From contig JAFMIZ010000003.1 of NCBI GenBank assembly GCA_017853715.1, forward strand, positions 20,611 through 84,610: 64,000 bases of DNA. The letters are read 5' to 3'. The stretch comes from Pedosphaera sp. GTDB taxonomy: Bacteria; Verrucomicrobiota; Verrucomicrobiia; Limisphaerales; DSYF01. Shown here piece after piece: positions 1 through 9,647 of this stretch. The translations under genes were made by a program, and so were the position numbers. How positions within the stretch are numbered: the stretch's first letter is position 1; the number at the start of each line of letters is the position of its first letter. The notes beneath the pieces are model-generated. The model was not told the DNA's origin, ran no database searches, and saw nothing but the letters and a program-made list of their open reading frames with translations.

Positions 1-81
1 TATGTCGGCGCCGGCGTGGGTTACTTCTACCTCAACCTCCGCTTCTGCTGCCGCCCTGAGATCGCGTTCGTGGAGATTTGA
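1..81 (+). CDS. 3' end of an unidentified CDS entering from upstream (partial)
   Basis: Frame 1 is open from base 1 to TGA at 79-81 (YVGAGVGYFYLNLRFCCRPEIAFVEI*). Too short to assign a family; absent from the ORF track because it is truncated. Confidence 0.25.
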   Translation, partial: YVGAGVGYFYLNLRFCCRPEIAFVEI

Positions 82-283
82 TCCGTCACCAGCCGCTTCA
101 TTGCACTGAAGAAAATGGAGGGAACACTGCTGAGGAGGAACGTTCACACGCGGCATCCTCAACGTTCTCTTCGTTGCCTCCGTTTGCTTCCGTGAAACTG
201 AGCAGCGACAACTCGTCCGGGCACATCGCTTAAAAACCTTCAACCTGCAACCTGTAACCAAGCTTCCGCCGCTTGCTGCTGCC

Positions 284-2428
284 GTGACGCATTTGTATCG
301 TCCTGCCGTGCCTGCGCGGGATGCCAAACCCACCCCAGACCCCTCCACGGAGGGGAACGCGTCGCCTTGGCAACAGCCCGTGACCACGCTGTGGGGTGTC
401 GGGCCGGAGCGCGCACAACAACTGGCCCGCTTGGGCATTCGCACCGTCGAAGATTTGCTCCTGCACCGTCCGCGCCGTTACGAAGACCGCCGGAAATTCC
501 TGCCCATTCGCCAGCTTGAAAAGGGCGTCGCGGCCACCGTGCGCGGCACCGTCGTCGCCGCAGGCATGAAGCGCTGGAGGCAGGGCACGCGCTCCATGTT
601 TGAATGTATTCTGGAGGATGGCTCCGGCCGGCTGCATTGCCGCTGGTGGCAGGGCTATCCGTGGATGGAGGAGTATTACACCGTGGGCCGCGAGTTCATG
701 GTGTTTGGCAAAGTGGAACCACTGAAGCCGCGCACCGTGGATCATCCCGAGGTCGAGCCCATCGAGGCCGGCGAGGACGAATTCATCCACGTCAATCGTA
801 TCGTTCCCATCCATCCGTTGACCGAAGGCCTGACCGCACGAGTGATGCGCGGGCTGGTGTGGCGCGCGTTGGAGAAGCATGAGCGCGACATTGCTGAAAT
901 GTTTGGGGCCCCGCCTTCAGGTGGTCAGGGCGGGGGACCGGCTGCAGCCGGAACTCCAAACCTGCCGACGCGGGCCCAGGCGATGCGACTGCTCCACTTC
1001 CCGAATGAGCTGATGGAAGCCGAAGTCGCCCGCCGCCGCCTGGCTTTGGATGAGTTCATTGAGCTCCAACGTGGAGTGTTGGAGCGGCGAAAGAAGTTTG
1101 AGGCCAACGCCAAATCACTTCCCTGCGGCGGCGACAATCGCCTCATCAAGCCGCTGCTCAGCCAACTGGGCTTCAAGCTTACCGCCGCGCAGACTCGAGT
1201 GCTGCGGGAGATTCGCGAAGATCTGCGCGCCGCGCATCCGATGCGCCGCTTGCTGCAAGGCGACGTGGGCTCTGGCAAAACGGCGGTTGCGGCGTGCGCG
1301 GCCCTGATGACCATCGAAAGCGGCTACAGTGTCGCGCTCATGGCCCCGACGGAGATTCTCGCCGAACAACACTTTCAAAACTTCCAGCGCTGGCTGGAGT
1401 CGCTGGGAGTTGCCGTTCAACTTCAAACCGGGGCGAAGAAAACATTCAACATTGAACATTCAACGTCCGACACCCAAGGGAGGCGCGCGACTCAACCTGA
1501 AACCCGAAACCGAAAACCTGCAACCCTCACCATCGGCACGCACGCTTTGCTCACCGGCGGCTTCGAGCTGCCCAACCTCGGCTTGGTCATCATTGACGAG
1601 CAACACAAGTTCGGCACCGCGCAGCGTGAGACCCTCGTGCGCAAGGGTAGTTATCCGCATTTGCTGGTCATGACGGCCACGCCGATTCCGCGCACGCTGG
1701 GCCTGACGTTGTATGGCGACCTCGATATCTCGACCATTGACGCCATGCCGGCTGGACGCGGTCGCGTCCGGACGTTTGTGCGCCTGGCGAATGCCTTGCC
1801 CAAGGTGTGGGACTTCATCCGCCAGAAACTGGAGCAGGGGAGGCAGGCGTATGTGGTGTATCCGCGTGTGGATGATGACGCGGGCAACGTGAAGGCCGTG
1901 GTGCAGGAACTGGAACGCGTGCAGCGGGTCTTGCAGCCGTATCGCGTTGGGTTGTTGCATGGCCGCCTCGCTCCGCGGGAAAAGGAGGCGGCGATGGCCG
2001 ACTTCCGCGCCAATCGCACGCAGGTGCTGCTCGCCACGTCCCTCATCGAAGTGGGCGTGGACGTGCCGAACGCGACGGTGATGCTGATCGAGAATGCGGA
2101 GCTGTTCGGCCTCGCGCAATTGCATCAGTTGCGCGGCCGCATCGGGCGCGGCGCGCATGAATCGTTCTGCGTGCTGGTCTCGAATGCCGACGGCCCCGAG
2201 GCGCGCACCCGGCTCAAGGTGCTGGAGGATACGAATGACGGATTCAAGATTGCCGAGGCGGACTTGAAGCTGCGCGGCCCGGGCGAACTGCTCGGCCAGC
2301 AGCAAAGCGGAGCCGCGCGCTTCCGCTTCGGCGACCTCGCCAACGATTTGGACTTGATCCAACTCTCCCGCGAACTGGTGAGGGAGAATGGTTTGACGCT
2401 CGCTGCCGAATTGTCGAAGCCGACGTGA
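284..2428 (+). CDS. recG: ATP-dependent DNA helicase RecG
   Basis: 714-aa ORF with Walker A GDVGSGKT, DEQH box (IIDEQHKFG), TATPIPRTL and QLRGRIGRG helicase motifs, and an N-terminal HhH-like LWGVGPERAQQLARLGIRTVEDLL. GTG start, exact start uncertain. Confidence 0.93.
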   Translation: MTHLYRPAVPARDAKPTPDPSTEGNASPWQQPVTTLWGVGPERAQQLARLGIRTVEDLLLHRPRRYEDRRKFLPIRQLEKGVAATVRGTVVAAGMKRWRQGTRSMFECILEDGSGRLHCRWWQGYPWMEEYYTVGREFMVFGKVEPLKPRTVDHPEVEPIEAGEDEFIHVNRIVPIHPLTEGLTARVMRGLVWRALEKHERDIAEMFGAPPSGGQGGGPAAAGTPNLPTRAQAMRLLHFPNELMEAEVARRRLALDEFIELQRGVLERRKKFEANAKSLPCGGDNRLIKPLLSQLGFKLTAAQTRVLREIREDLRAAHPMRRLLQGDVGSGKTAVAACAALMTIESGYSVALMAPTEILAEQHFQNFQRWLESLGVAVQLQTGAKKTFNIEHSTSDTQGRRATQPETRNRKPATLTIGTHALLTGGFELPNLGLVIIDEQHKFGTAQRETLVRKGSYPHLLVMTATPIPRTLGLTLYGDLDISTIDAMPAGRGRVRTFVRLANALPKVWDFIRQKLEQGRQAYVVYPRVDDDAGNVKAVVQELERVQRVLQPYRVGLLHGRLAPREKEAAMADFRANRTQVLLATSLIEVGVDVPNATVMLIENAELFGLAQLHQLRGRIGRGAHESFCVLVSNADGPEARTRLKVLEDTNDGFKIAEADLKLRGPGELLGQQQSGAARFRFGDLANDLDLIQLSRELVRENGLTLAAELSKPT

Positions 2429-2477
2429 GGAGCTCACGTTGACGAGGCTTCAGAGGCAGCCTCCTCACGTCGGCTCC
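2419..2477. repeat. Inverted repeat/hairpin built from the GGAGCCGACGTGAGGAGG repeat family, overlapping the recG stop codon
   Basis: gccgacgtgaggag at 2419-2432 pairs with ctcctcacgtcggc at 2461-2474. The same 18-mer occurs at 17048-17065. Confidence 0.7.
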
Positions 2478-2524
2478 TACGGTTCGCGGGTTGAAATCCG
2501 CACCGCATCTGCTAGCGTCCACTC

Positions 2525-2872
2525 ATGAAGGCAATTCTCTCACTCTCCCTGCTCCCCAGTTTGCTGCTAGTTGGTTGTGGCGACGGCGGCAGCAGATCCA
2601 ATTCGACCACCAACGAATCCTCCAGCGTGATTACCGCGCCGGTGGATTATCTGGGCGCGATTGGCAAGGGACAGCAGCATGCCATCAAGACGGTGGACAC
2701 TGCCGCGTTGACCCAGGCCATTCAACTGTTCCAGGTTCAGGAGGACCGCCTGCCGAAAGATTTGAACGAACTCGTCGAACTGAAATACATCGGCGCCATT
2801 CCCCAAGCCCCGCAGGGCAAGAAGATCCTTTACGACGCCAGCACGGGGACGGTGAAGGTGGTTGCGCAGTAG
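2525..2872 (+). CDS. Small lipoprotein, unknown function
   Basis: 115-aa ORF. Signal peptide plus lipobox (LLPSLLLVGC). Confidence 0.65.
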   Translation: MKAILSLSLLPSLLLVGCGDGGSRSNSTTNESSSVITAPVDYLGAIGKGQQHAIKTVDTAALTQAIQLFQVQEDRLPKDLNELVELKYIGAIPQAPQGKKILYDASTGTVKVVAQ

Positions 2873-2978
2873 AAATTCGTTGGTAGTGATCACCCGCATG
2901 AAACGCCTGACGCCTTGGGTGTTACCAGGCGCAGCTCCGTTGCTGAAAACTGCTGAAACCCGACTTGGAAACTTAGGC

Positions 2979-3218
2979 TCAGCCCAACTTGCTGTGAGAA
3001 CCGTCGCAGTAGGGGGGATTCTTGGAGTGCTTGCACCCGCACCAAGCAACGGTCCGGGGTTCAGCTAGGTCCACCTTAAGCGGGGCGAAGCCGGTGCCTT
3101 TGTGGGAGCCGTCGCAGAAGGGTTGTCCTTTCGAGTGCCCGCACGTGCAGAAGTAGCGCGTGCCGACGCCCTCTTTCAGGACGAACGGCGCGCGTTGGGC
3201 AATCTTGGGCTCGGACAT
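2979..3218 (-). CDS. CDGSH iron-sulfur domain-containing protein
   Basis: 79 aa with two CDGSH-type motifs (CTCGHSKGQPFCDGSH and CGCKHSKNPPYCDGSH). Confidence 0.85.
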   Translation of the reverse strand: MSEPKIAQRAPFVLKEGVGTRYFCTCGHSKGQPFCDGSHKGTGFAPLKVDLAEPRTVAWCGCKHSKNPPYCDGSHSKLG

Positions 3219-3224
3219 GGCGGA

Positions 3225-3344
3225 TTACTTCTTGGCATCGGGACCGGGGTTCTTGCGGTCCACCACCCACCAGACAATGGCTGCGGGAGTGGCAACGAGG
3301 GCGACGCCAATCGGCATGGCTAGAATGCTCCAGAAAATATCCAT
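3225..3344 (-). CDS. Possible tiny membrane protein (39 aa)
   Basis: Internal ATG at 3344 gives MDIFWSILAMPIGVALVATPAAIVWWVVDRKNPGPDAKK, one hydrophobic helix, ending 6 nt upstream of the CDGSH gene. The N-terminal part of the 87-aa track ORF does not look coding. Confidence 0.35.
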   Translation of the reverse strand: MDIFWSILAMPIGVALVATPAAIVWWVVDRKNPGPDAKK

Positions 3345-3602
3345 AACGAGGCGTGAGGATGCGCAAGCCGACCGGGATGTAAAGTTCATTTCCCCGGGGG
3401 CTAATTGCAGTCGGACAGCGGCTTGGGAAAGGCCTTTACACGAATTGCGCGAATTAACACGAACTGCTCCAGCCTGAATTGGTGTCAATTTGTGTAAACC
3501 CTGCTTTGGCCGTGGCCAAATCCTTCTGCCTGAGGATTGAAAAACCAGCGGTGTGGCTTACGATAGCGGCGCGGATCGCCAACCCGGTTCCGCAGATCAA
3601 CG

Positions 3603-6600
3603 ATGATTCCCATGCCTGTGACCCTGTTTAAGTCCCTCTCCGCCAAGCAACGCAAGTGGCTCAAGGGGTCCGCCTTTGCGGTAGTGAGCTACACGCTGCT
3701 CGGGTTCCTGATTCTGCCGCCCATCATCAAGGCCGTTGCGGAAAGCACGTTGCAGAAGGAACTGAACCGTAAGGTGGAGATTAAATCGTTCCGCCTGAAT
3801 CCCTACGCCATGTCTGTAACGATTCGCGGGTTGAACATTCAGGACCCGGACACAAGGACGTTGCTGTCTTGGGATGAGGTTCACGTGAACTTCCGGCTGC
3901 TTTCGGTGTTCACCCGCGCGTGGGGCTTCGACAATGTCCGCGTGATCAATCCCTATGTGCGCGTGCAGATGAACAAGGATCGCACGTTCAACTTCACGGA
4001 TATACTCGAAGCGCACGCCACGACGAATGCCGCTCCCAGATCCGCCGCCCCCAAGAAAGCCGTGGCGGTTGCCTTGCGCCATCTCCTTGTCGACGGCGCA
4101 AAGCTTGAAGTGACTGACTTTACGCCAAGCAAACCCTTTCATCGTGTCATCGGTCCGGTGAGAGTGGAGTTGAATGACTTCCACACCGATCCGAACAATC
4201 GCAACCCGCACGTGTTCACCGGCACCACGGAGACAGGGGAAACCTTCGCTTGGGGCGGTAGTTTCTCGCTCGAACCCGTCCGCGCCCTCGGCGAGTTCTC
4301 GGTGGAGAATATCGCGTTGAAGGAGCTGGGGCCGCTCTATCAGGACTTGGTGAACGTCGAGATTCGCGACGGGTTGGCGGCGTTCAGCGTGAACTATGCC
4401 TTCGAGATGAGTGCGACGGCGACCAATGCCTCTGTCTCCAATCTCAACGTCAGCTTGAAGTCCTTCAAGCTCGCCCAGCCCGGCGCGGAGGCGAACTTGC
4501 TTGAATTGCCTGAGCTCGCGGTCAGGGGCGTTCGCGGCGATTTGCTTTCGCGCGAAGTGGAAGTGGGTTCCGTGGCGGTCCGTGGGGCGGAGTTGAATGT
4601 ATTTCGCGACTCCAGCGCGCAGTTCAACGTCGTTCAGGCTGCCACGCCGAACAGCAATGCCCCTGCGCCTGCTGGCATTGTGCTGCTGATGCAATCGGCA
4701 ACGAGCGTCATCACCCAATTGCTCTCGAGCACCAATCTCGGCACGGCCACGCTGCGTGAATTGTCCGTGGCGGATTGCGTGGTGAACTATCGCGACGATG
4801 CCTGTTTGCCCCCGGCGCATTTGCCCGTGGACCAGATCAATGTCACGGCGCGAAACATTTCCAACCGGCCCGACACGAACATGACCGCTGAGGTGTCGCT
4901 GCGCTGGAACACCAATGGCACAATTGCGGTCGGGGTGGACGCCACGTTGCATCCCCTGACGGTGGATGTGGACTTGGATGTGCAGCAGCTTCAGCTCGCG
5001 CCCCTGGATCCGTATCTGCGCCCGCATGTGAATGCTTATATCCTCGGTAGCAAGGTTGGGCTTGAGGGGCGCGTGCGTTTGCAGGCTCATCCGGGCGGGT
5101 TGCCCGAGGTGGCCTTCGCGGGCAACGCTGGCTTGGATGACTTGAACGTGCTCGGTAACACGAGCGAAGATTTGCTGCGCTGGGGCTCACTGCGATTCAA
5201 CGGCATCGCTGCCAACCTGCAGCCGCCCGCCGTAACGGTTTCCAATGTCACACTCAAAGACCTCGCGGCGCGGGTGGTGGTGGAAACCAATGGCCAAATC
5301 AACGTGCTCGCGGTGTTGCCCCCGGCTGACACCAACGCACCAGTCACAGTGGCCAAACCTGAACCCGAAGCGTCAGGCGCGGTGAAGAGCGGCGGCATCA
5401 AGGGAGTGTTCGCGCAAGTGAAGACGGTGTTGGGTATGGATGCCAACGCCGCGGCGGCGCTGGATTTGCCCAGAGTGGAAGTCGGCGAAGTGCGCGTGGA
5501 GAATTCGGAGATTCAGTTCAATGACCGGTCAGTGACGCCGCACGCTCATGCGTCGCTGCAGAAGATTGACGCCACGCTTGCCAACATTTCCACGGAAGCC
5601 ATGCAGCGCGCGAAGATTCATGTGCAGACCCTCGTGGGCGGCATTGGCCCGGTCGAAGTCACGGCGGAGTTGAACCCGTTGTACGCCAAGGAGGCCACGC
5701 ACGCGAAGCTTTCGTTGAGGAATGTTCCGCTCACGCCTGCCGATCCTTACGCGGGCAAGTTCCTCGGCTACCGGCTGACGAAGGGCAAGTTGAACGTGGA
5801 TGTGGAATACACCATCACCGACAGCGCGGTGAAGGGCAAGAATGTCATCATGCTCGACCAGTTGACGCTTGGCGGCAAAGTGCAAAGTCCCGATGCCATC
5901 AGCCTGCCGGTGAAGCTTGGCATCGCACTCATGAAGGACACCGAGGGGAAGATCAACATCGATGTGCCCATTGAAGGCAGCCTCGATGACCCGAAGTTCC
6001 GGCTGGGCAAAGTCATTTGGGGTGTGGTGGCCAACGTGTTCGTGAAGGCCGTTACGTCACCGTTTTCACTGCTCGGTGGTCTGGTCGGCGGCGGTGCGGG
6101 TGAGGACATGCAGTATCAGGTGTTTGCCCCGGGTTCAACGGAACTCACACCGCAAGCGCAGGACAAACTGGCCAGCCTTGCCAAGGCGCTGGCAGCCCGA
6201 CCCGAGTTGCAGGTGGTTGCGGTGGGCAACGTGGACATGGAAGCCGACGGTTGGGTGTTGAAGGAGGGCAAGGTGGACCAGCTGCTGCGCCAGGTGCGTT
6301 GGAATTCGTTGCGCGCTGCCGCCCGGGCGACCACCAAACCCGAGGATCTTTCCTTGCCACCGGATATTCGCGGTAGCCTTGTGGAGCAGGCATATCGCGA
6401 TCTGATCGTGACCAATCCCCAGCTGGCCTTCGTGGCCGTGCCCGAGTTGGTGGTGCAGAGCCGCACGAACCAAACTGCCACTGCGACCACCCGCCCTGAG
6501 TTTCAGAAGGGCGCGAGCCGGTTGATTGCAGGCGGCTGGTCACCAACACCAGCAACGCAGTGGCAGACCAAGACCAATGTGACAGCCGCCGTGGTCGCGC

Positions 6601-6821
6601 CCATGGGCAAGCCCACACAACAACAGATGGAAGACAGTCTGGCCGCGGCGCAGAAGTTGGTGGCTGCCGATTACGTCGCGTTGGCCCGGGCACGCGCCGA
6701 ACGTGTGCGTGCTCATTTGGTAGGGCAATTGCAAATCGCGGCCGATCGCGTGCTCTTCGGTGACCCGGAGTCTGGCCCCTATGGCACCAGCGGTAATCGG
6801 GTGACGTTGCAGCTTCAGTGA
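3603..6821 (+). CDS. Large envelope protein, DUF748/AsmA-like
   Basis: 1072 aa. N-terminal TM helix (FAVVSYTLLGFLILPPII), a long beta-rich body, and a C-terminal OmpA-like-looking segment (QYQVFAPGSTELTPQAQDKLASLAKALAARPELQV). Family call is from recalled architecture. Confidence 0.8.
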   Translation: MIPMPVTLFKSLSAKQRKWLKGSAFAVVSYTLLGFLILPPIIKAVAESTLQKELNRKVEIKSFRLNPYAMSVTIRGLNIQDPDTRTLLSWDEVHVNFRLLSVFTRAWGFDNVRVINPYVRVQMNKDRTFNFTDILEAHATTNAAPRSAAPKKAVAVALRHLLVDGAKLEVTDFTPSKPFHRVIGPVRVELNDFHTDPNNRNPHVFTGTTETGETFAWGGSFSLEPVRALGEFSVENIALKELGPLYQDLVNVEIRDGLAAFSVNYAFEMSATATNASVSNLNVSLKSFKLAQPGAEANLLELPELAVRGVRGDLLSREVEVGSVAVRGAELNVFRDSSAQFNVVQAATPNSNAPAPAGIVLLMQSATSVITQLLSSTNLGTATLRELSVADCVVNYRDDACLPPAHLPVDQINVTARNISNRPDTNMTAEVSLRWNTNGTIAVGVDATLHPLTVDVDLDVQQLQLAPLDPYLRPHVNAYILGSKVGLEGRVRLQAHPGGLPEVAFAGNAGLDDLNVLGNTSEDLLRWGSLRFNGIAANLQPPAVTVSNVTLKDLAARVVVETNGQINVLAVLPPADTNAPVTVAKPEPEASGAVKSGGIKGVFAQVKTVLGMDANAAAALDLPRVEVGEVRVENSEIQFNDRSVTPHAHASLQKIDATLANISTEAMQRAKIHVQTLVGGIGPVEVTAELNPLYAKEATHAKLSLRNVPLTPADPYAGKFLGYRLTKGKLNVDVEYTITDSAVKGKNVIMLDQLTLGGKVQSPDAISLPVKLGIALMKDTEGKINIDVPIEGSLDDPKFRLGKVIWGVVANVFVKAVTSPFSLLGGLVGGGAGEDMQYQVFAPGSTELTPQAQDKLASLAKALAARPELQVVAVGNVDMEADGWVLKEGKVDQLLRQVRWNSLRAAARATTKPEDLSLPPDIRGSLVEQAYRDLIVTNPQLAFVAVPELVVQSRTNQTATATTRPEFQKGASRLIAGGWSPTPATQWQTKTNVTAAVVAPMGKPTQQQMEDSLAAAQKLVAADYVALARARAERVRAHLVGQLQIAADRVLFGDPESGPYGTSGNRVTLQLQ

Positions 6822-7230
6822 CCTTTGGCGTCAAACGCGGGAAGCCCATCAATGCTGCGTTGATTCTTGCGCACTCCATACTCCGCCACCTTGGCCGGTC
6901 CCTGCGCCACAGCCCACTTGTCGAGCACGTCGCGGTCGCTGACGTATTGATAGTATGGCACGGAAAAGCCGCAGGAATCCGAGACCCGAGTCGCTGTGAT
7001 GTGGATGAAGGCGCGCGTGCCCGGGTTGGCGGGGAATTGTTGCAGTAGTTCTTCAAAGCGCTCGTGGTCGGGCGTGATCAATGTTCCCCGGCCGTGCAGT
7101 CGGACGATCTTTGGCGTCCCTCGAACGTGCAGTACATGATGACGATGCGGCCATTCTCACTTTGTTCGCCGATCCACTCCGCCATTTCCGGTGTGATACT
7201 TTGACGCACGCTGCTCATGGACGGGAACAT
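6815..7230 (-). pseudogene. Degraded pyridoxamine 5'-phosphate oxidase (PPOX)-family gene: 1-nt frameshift plus an apparent internal deletion
   Basis: The N-terminal frame reads MSSVRQSITPEMAEWIGEQSENGRIVIMYCTFEGR and then stops. The family sequence continues in another frame as PKIVRLHGRGTLITPDHERFEELLQQFPANPGTRAFIHITATRVSDSCGFSVPYY. The frame switch lies near 7113-7117. The rejoined length of about 138 codons is well below the roughly 200 aa I recall for this family. Confidence 0.6.
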
Positions 7231-7297
7231 TCCGCAGGAACCCTCGCAGCTTGCAAACTGAACTCGCGCGGGCTGACATCTGTTTGTATGTTCCACC

Positions 7298-9637
7298 GTG
7301 GTGAATGCGACTTCCAGCAGTGAGGCCTCAAAACAACGAGCAGCCACGCAACTCGCCGTGAGCGGGCTGAATTGCAACAACTGCGCCCGCAAGGTGACCG
7401 GCATCGTGCAGGGATTTACTTCAGTGGCCAGCGTGGCGGTGGATTTGGACCGGCAACGCGCCACGCTGCGATGGAAGCCGGAGGCCGCGGATGAATTGCC
7501 CGCGGTGCTGAGCGCGTTGGATAAGGCCGGATACAGTGCACGCGTCATCGCCGCTGCGGAGGAATCTGTCGTGGGCATGATGGGTGGGTGGACGTTGAAT
7601 CTGGCCGTGGGCATTCCCATAACAGCGGTGCTCATGTTAGGAGAATGGGTGCTGTCACTGCATCATCACCGCTGGTATGGGTGGGTGTCGTTCGCGTTGG
7701 CTGCCGTCGTTCAAGTTGTGGCGGGCGGAAAGTTCTATCGCGGCGCGTGGGCGCAGCTCAAGGCGGGCAGTTCCAACATGGACACGCTGGTGGCGCTGGG
7801 CTCATCCACCGCATTTGGTTACAGCACATGGGCGCTGCTCGCGGGCTGGCCGGGGCATCTCTACTTCATGGAGGCAGCGGCGATCATCACGTTGATCAGC
7901 CTGGGCCATTGGATCGAGGCGCGCGTCGGCGAAAAGGCAGCGGGTTCACTCAAGGCTCTGATGACGCTCGCGCCGCAAACAGCGCGCCGCTTGTCGGCTC
8001 CTACCAGTCAGTCAACGAGCAACGCCTCTTCATCGTTGATGAAACTGAACTTTCGTGCGGTTGCTCCAGCGGCTTCAGTTCCGGCCGAGTCGGAGGTTCC
8101 TGTTGCTGATCTGCGGGTGGGTGATCGTGTCGTGTTGCGCCCGGGAGACCGGGTGCCGGTGGATGGCGAGGTGATCGAGGGCGACTCCACGCTGGATGAG
8201 TCCATGCTCACCGGCGAATCCACCCCAGTGGACAAATCTATTGAAAGCCCCCTTTTCACGGGCACCACCAACATCAATGGCCGGTTGGTCATGCGCGTGA
8301 CGGCCACTGGCGAAGCCACTGCGTTGGCCCACATCATCGCCGCAGTGGAGCGTGCGCAGTCCAGTCGTGCGAACATCCAGCGGCTGGGGGACAAGGTCAG
8401 CAATGTGTTCGTGCCCGTTGTGTGCGCGCTCGCCTTGGGGACTGCCTTGTGGTGGGGCTTTGGTTTTGAGAGTGCTAGGGCGGCTCATGATTTTTTCGGG
8501 CGATGGTTGTGGACTGCGACGCTGGCGGATACTGCGCTGGCGGCGGCGTTCATCGGTGCGGCGGCGGTGCTCATCATTGCCTGTCCCTGTGCCATGGGAC
8601 TTGCTACCCCTGCGGCCATCATGGCGGCAGCCAACAGTGCGGCGTGCCGTGGCATCTTGATTCGTGACGGCGTGGCGCTGGAAAAGGCCGGCGCAGTGAC
8701 TGCCGTGCTGTTTGATAAGACGGGAACGTTGACAGAAGGGAAGCCTGCCTTGGCGAAGGCATGGTTTCGGACTGGTGCCGATGCAACTGAGCTTAGGGGG
8801 GTTGCCGTCGCCTTGGCCAAGAACTCAAGCCACCCCATCAGCCAGGCAGTGGCAAGAGGTGGAAATGCCAACATTCCGCTCACTAATTGGCGCGAGGTGC
8901 GTGGCTCGGGCATCGAGGCTCGCAGCAACACCGCCCAAGGTTTGCGTCTGGGTTCACAGCGTTGGTTGGCCGAGTGTGGCGTGGCGATGGACGCAGGTGA
9001 AAGTTTTGCCAAGGAATGGTCGGATAAGGGGGCAACGGTCATTGGTCTGGCTGCCGAGAATGAGCTGCTCGCGCTGTTTGCGGTGCTGGACGCTCTGAAG
9101 CCCGGTGCCGCAAACGTGATCAGCGAATTACAAGCTGCTGGCCTCAGGACCTATCTAATAACTGGCGACAACCCGCGAACCGCTCGGGGGATCGCTGCCG
9201 AAGTGGGCATCGCCGAAGAGAATGTCTTCGCCGAAGTGCGGCCGGAGCAGAAGGCCGAGTTCGTTAAAAAACTTCAGGCTCAAGGCGGGCAGGTGGCGTT
9301 CGTGGGCGATGGCATCAATGACGCGCCAGCACTCGAGCAGGCGGATTTGGGCGTGGCGGTCAGCCGGGCCAGCCATGTGGCCCGTGAAGCGGCGGATATC
9401 ATTCTGTTGAAGTCGGACATTCAGGCGGTGCCGGAAAGTCTTGGGCTCGCACGGGCTGCCCTCCGCACCATCAAACAGAATTTGTTCTGGGCGTTTTTCT
9501 ACAATGCGGCGGCCGTTCCGTTGGCAGTGCTTGGCTTTATGAGTCCGGTGCTGTGTGCTGCCGCCATGGGCCTCTCGGACATAGTCGTTATTGGCAACGC
9601 GCTACGGCTGCGGAACTGGCGGGCAGCGCGGCGTTGA
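7298..9637 (+). CDS. copA: Heavy-metal (Cu+-type) translocating P1B-type ATPase
   Basis: 779 aa. N-terminal HMA domain with CxxC (GLNCNNCARKV), a CPC transmembrane motif (IACPCAMGLATP), the DKTGTLT phosphorylation site and the GDGINDAP hinge. Confidence 0.92.
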   Translation: MVNATSSSEASKQRAATQLAVSGLNCNNCARKVTGIVQGFTSVASVAVDLDRQRATLRWKPEAADELPAVLSALDKAGYSARVIAAAEESVVGMMGGWTLNLAVGIPITAVLMLGEWVLSLHHHRWYGWVSFALAAVVQVVAGGKFYRGAWAQLKAGSSNMDTLVALGSSTAFGYSTWALLAGWPGHLYFMEAAAIITLISLGHWIEARVGEKAAGSLKALMTLAPQTARRLSAPTSQSTSNASSSLMKLNFRAVAPAASVPAESEVPVADLRVGDRVVLRPGDRVPVDGEVIEGDSTLDESMLTGESTPVDKSIESPLFTGTTNINGRLVMRVTATGEATALAHIIAAVERAQSSRANIQRLGDKVSNVFVPVVCALALGTALWWGFGFESARAAHDFFGRWLWTATLADTALAAAFIGAAAVLIIACPCAMGLATPAAIMAAANSAACRGILIRDGVALEKAGAVTAVLFDKTGTLTEGKPALAKAWFRTGADATELRGVAVALAKNSSHPISQAVARGGNANIPLTNWREVRGSGIEARSNTAQGLRLGSQRWLAECGVAMDAGESFAKEWSDKGATVIGLAAENELLALFAVLDALKPGAANVISELQAAGLRTYLITGDNPRTARGIAAEVGIAEENVFAEVRPEQKAEFVKKLQAQGGQVAFVGDGINDAPALEQADLGVAVSRASHVAREAADIILLKSDIQAVPESLGLARAALRTIKQNLFWAFFYNAAAVPLAVLGFMSPVLCAAAMGLSDIVVIGNALRLRNWRAARR

Positions 9638-9647
9638 CCAAGGCGAT

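Noticed and set aside
1441-1527. An intein or mobile intron in recG
   Set aside because: The odd segment is only about 29 codons, is in frame, and lacks intein splice-junction residues or endonuclease motifs. It resembles short intergenic repeats instead.
1460-2437. 325-aa ORF antisense to recG (and 230-880 antisense to its 5' end)
   Set aside because: recG motifs are unambiguous on the plus strand. The antisense products are Arg/Ala/Gln-rich low-complexity sequence.
3597-5090. 497-aa ORF antisense to the DUF748/AsmA-like gene
   Set aside because: Arg/His/Gly-rich composition typical of shadow ORFs on the opposite strand of GC-rich genes. The sense-strand gene has a coherent membrane-protein architecture.
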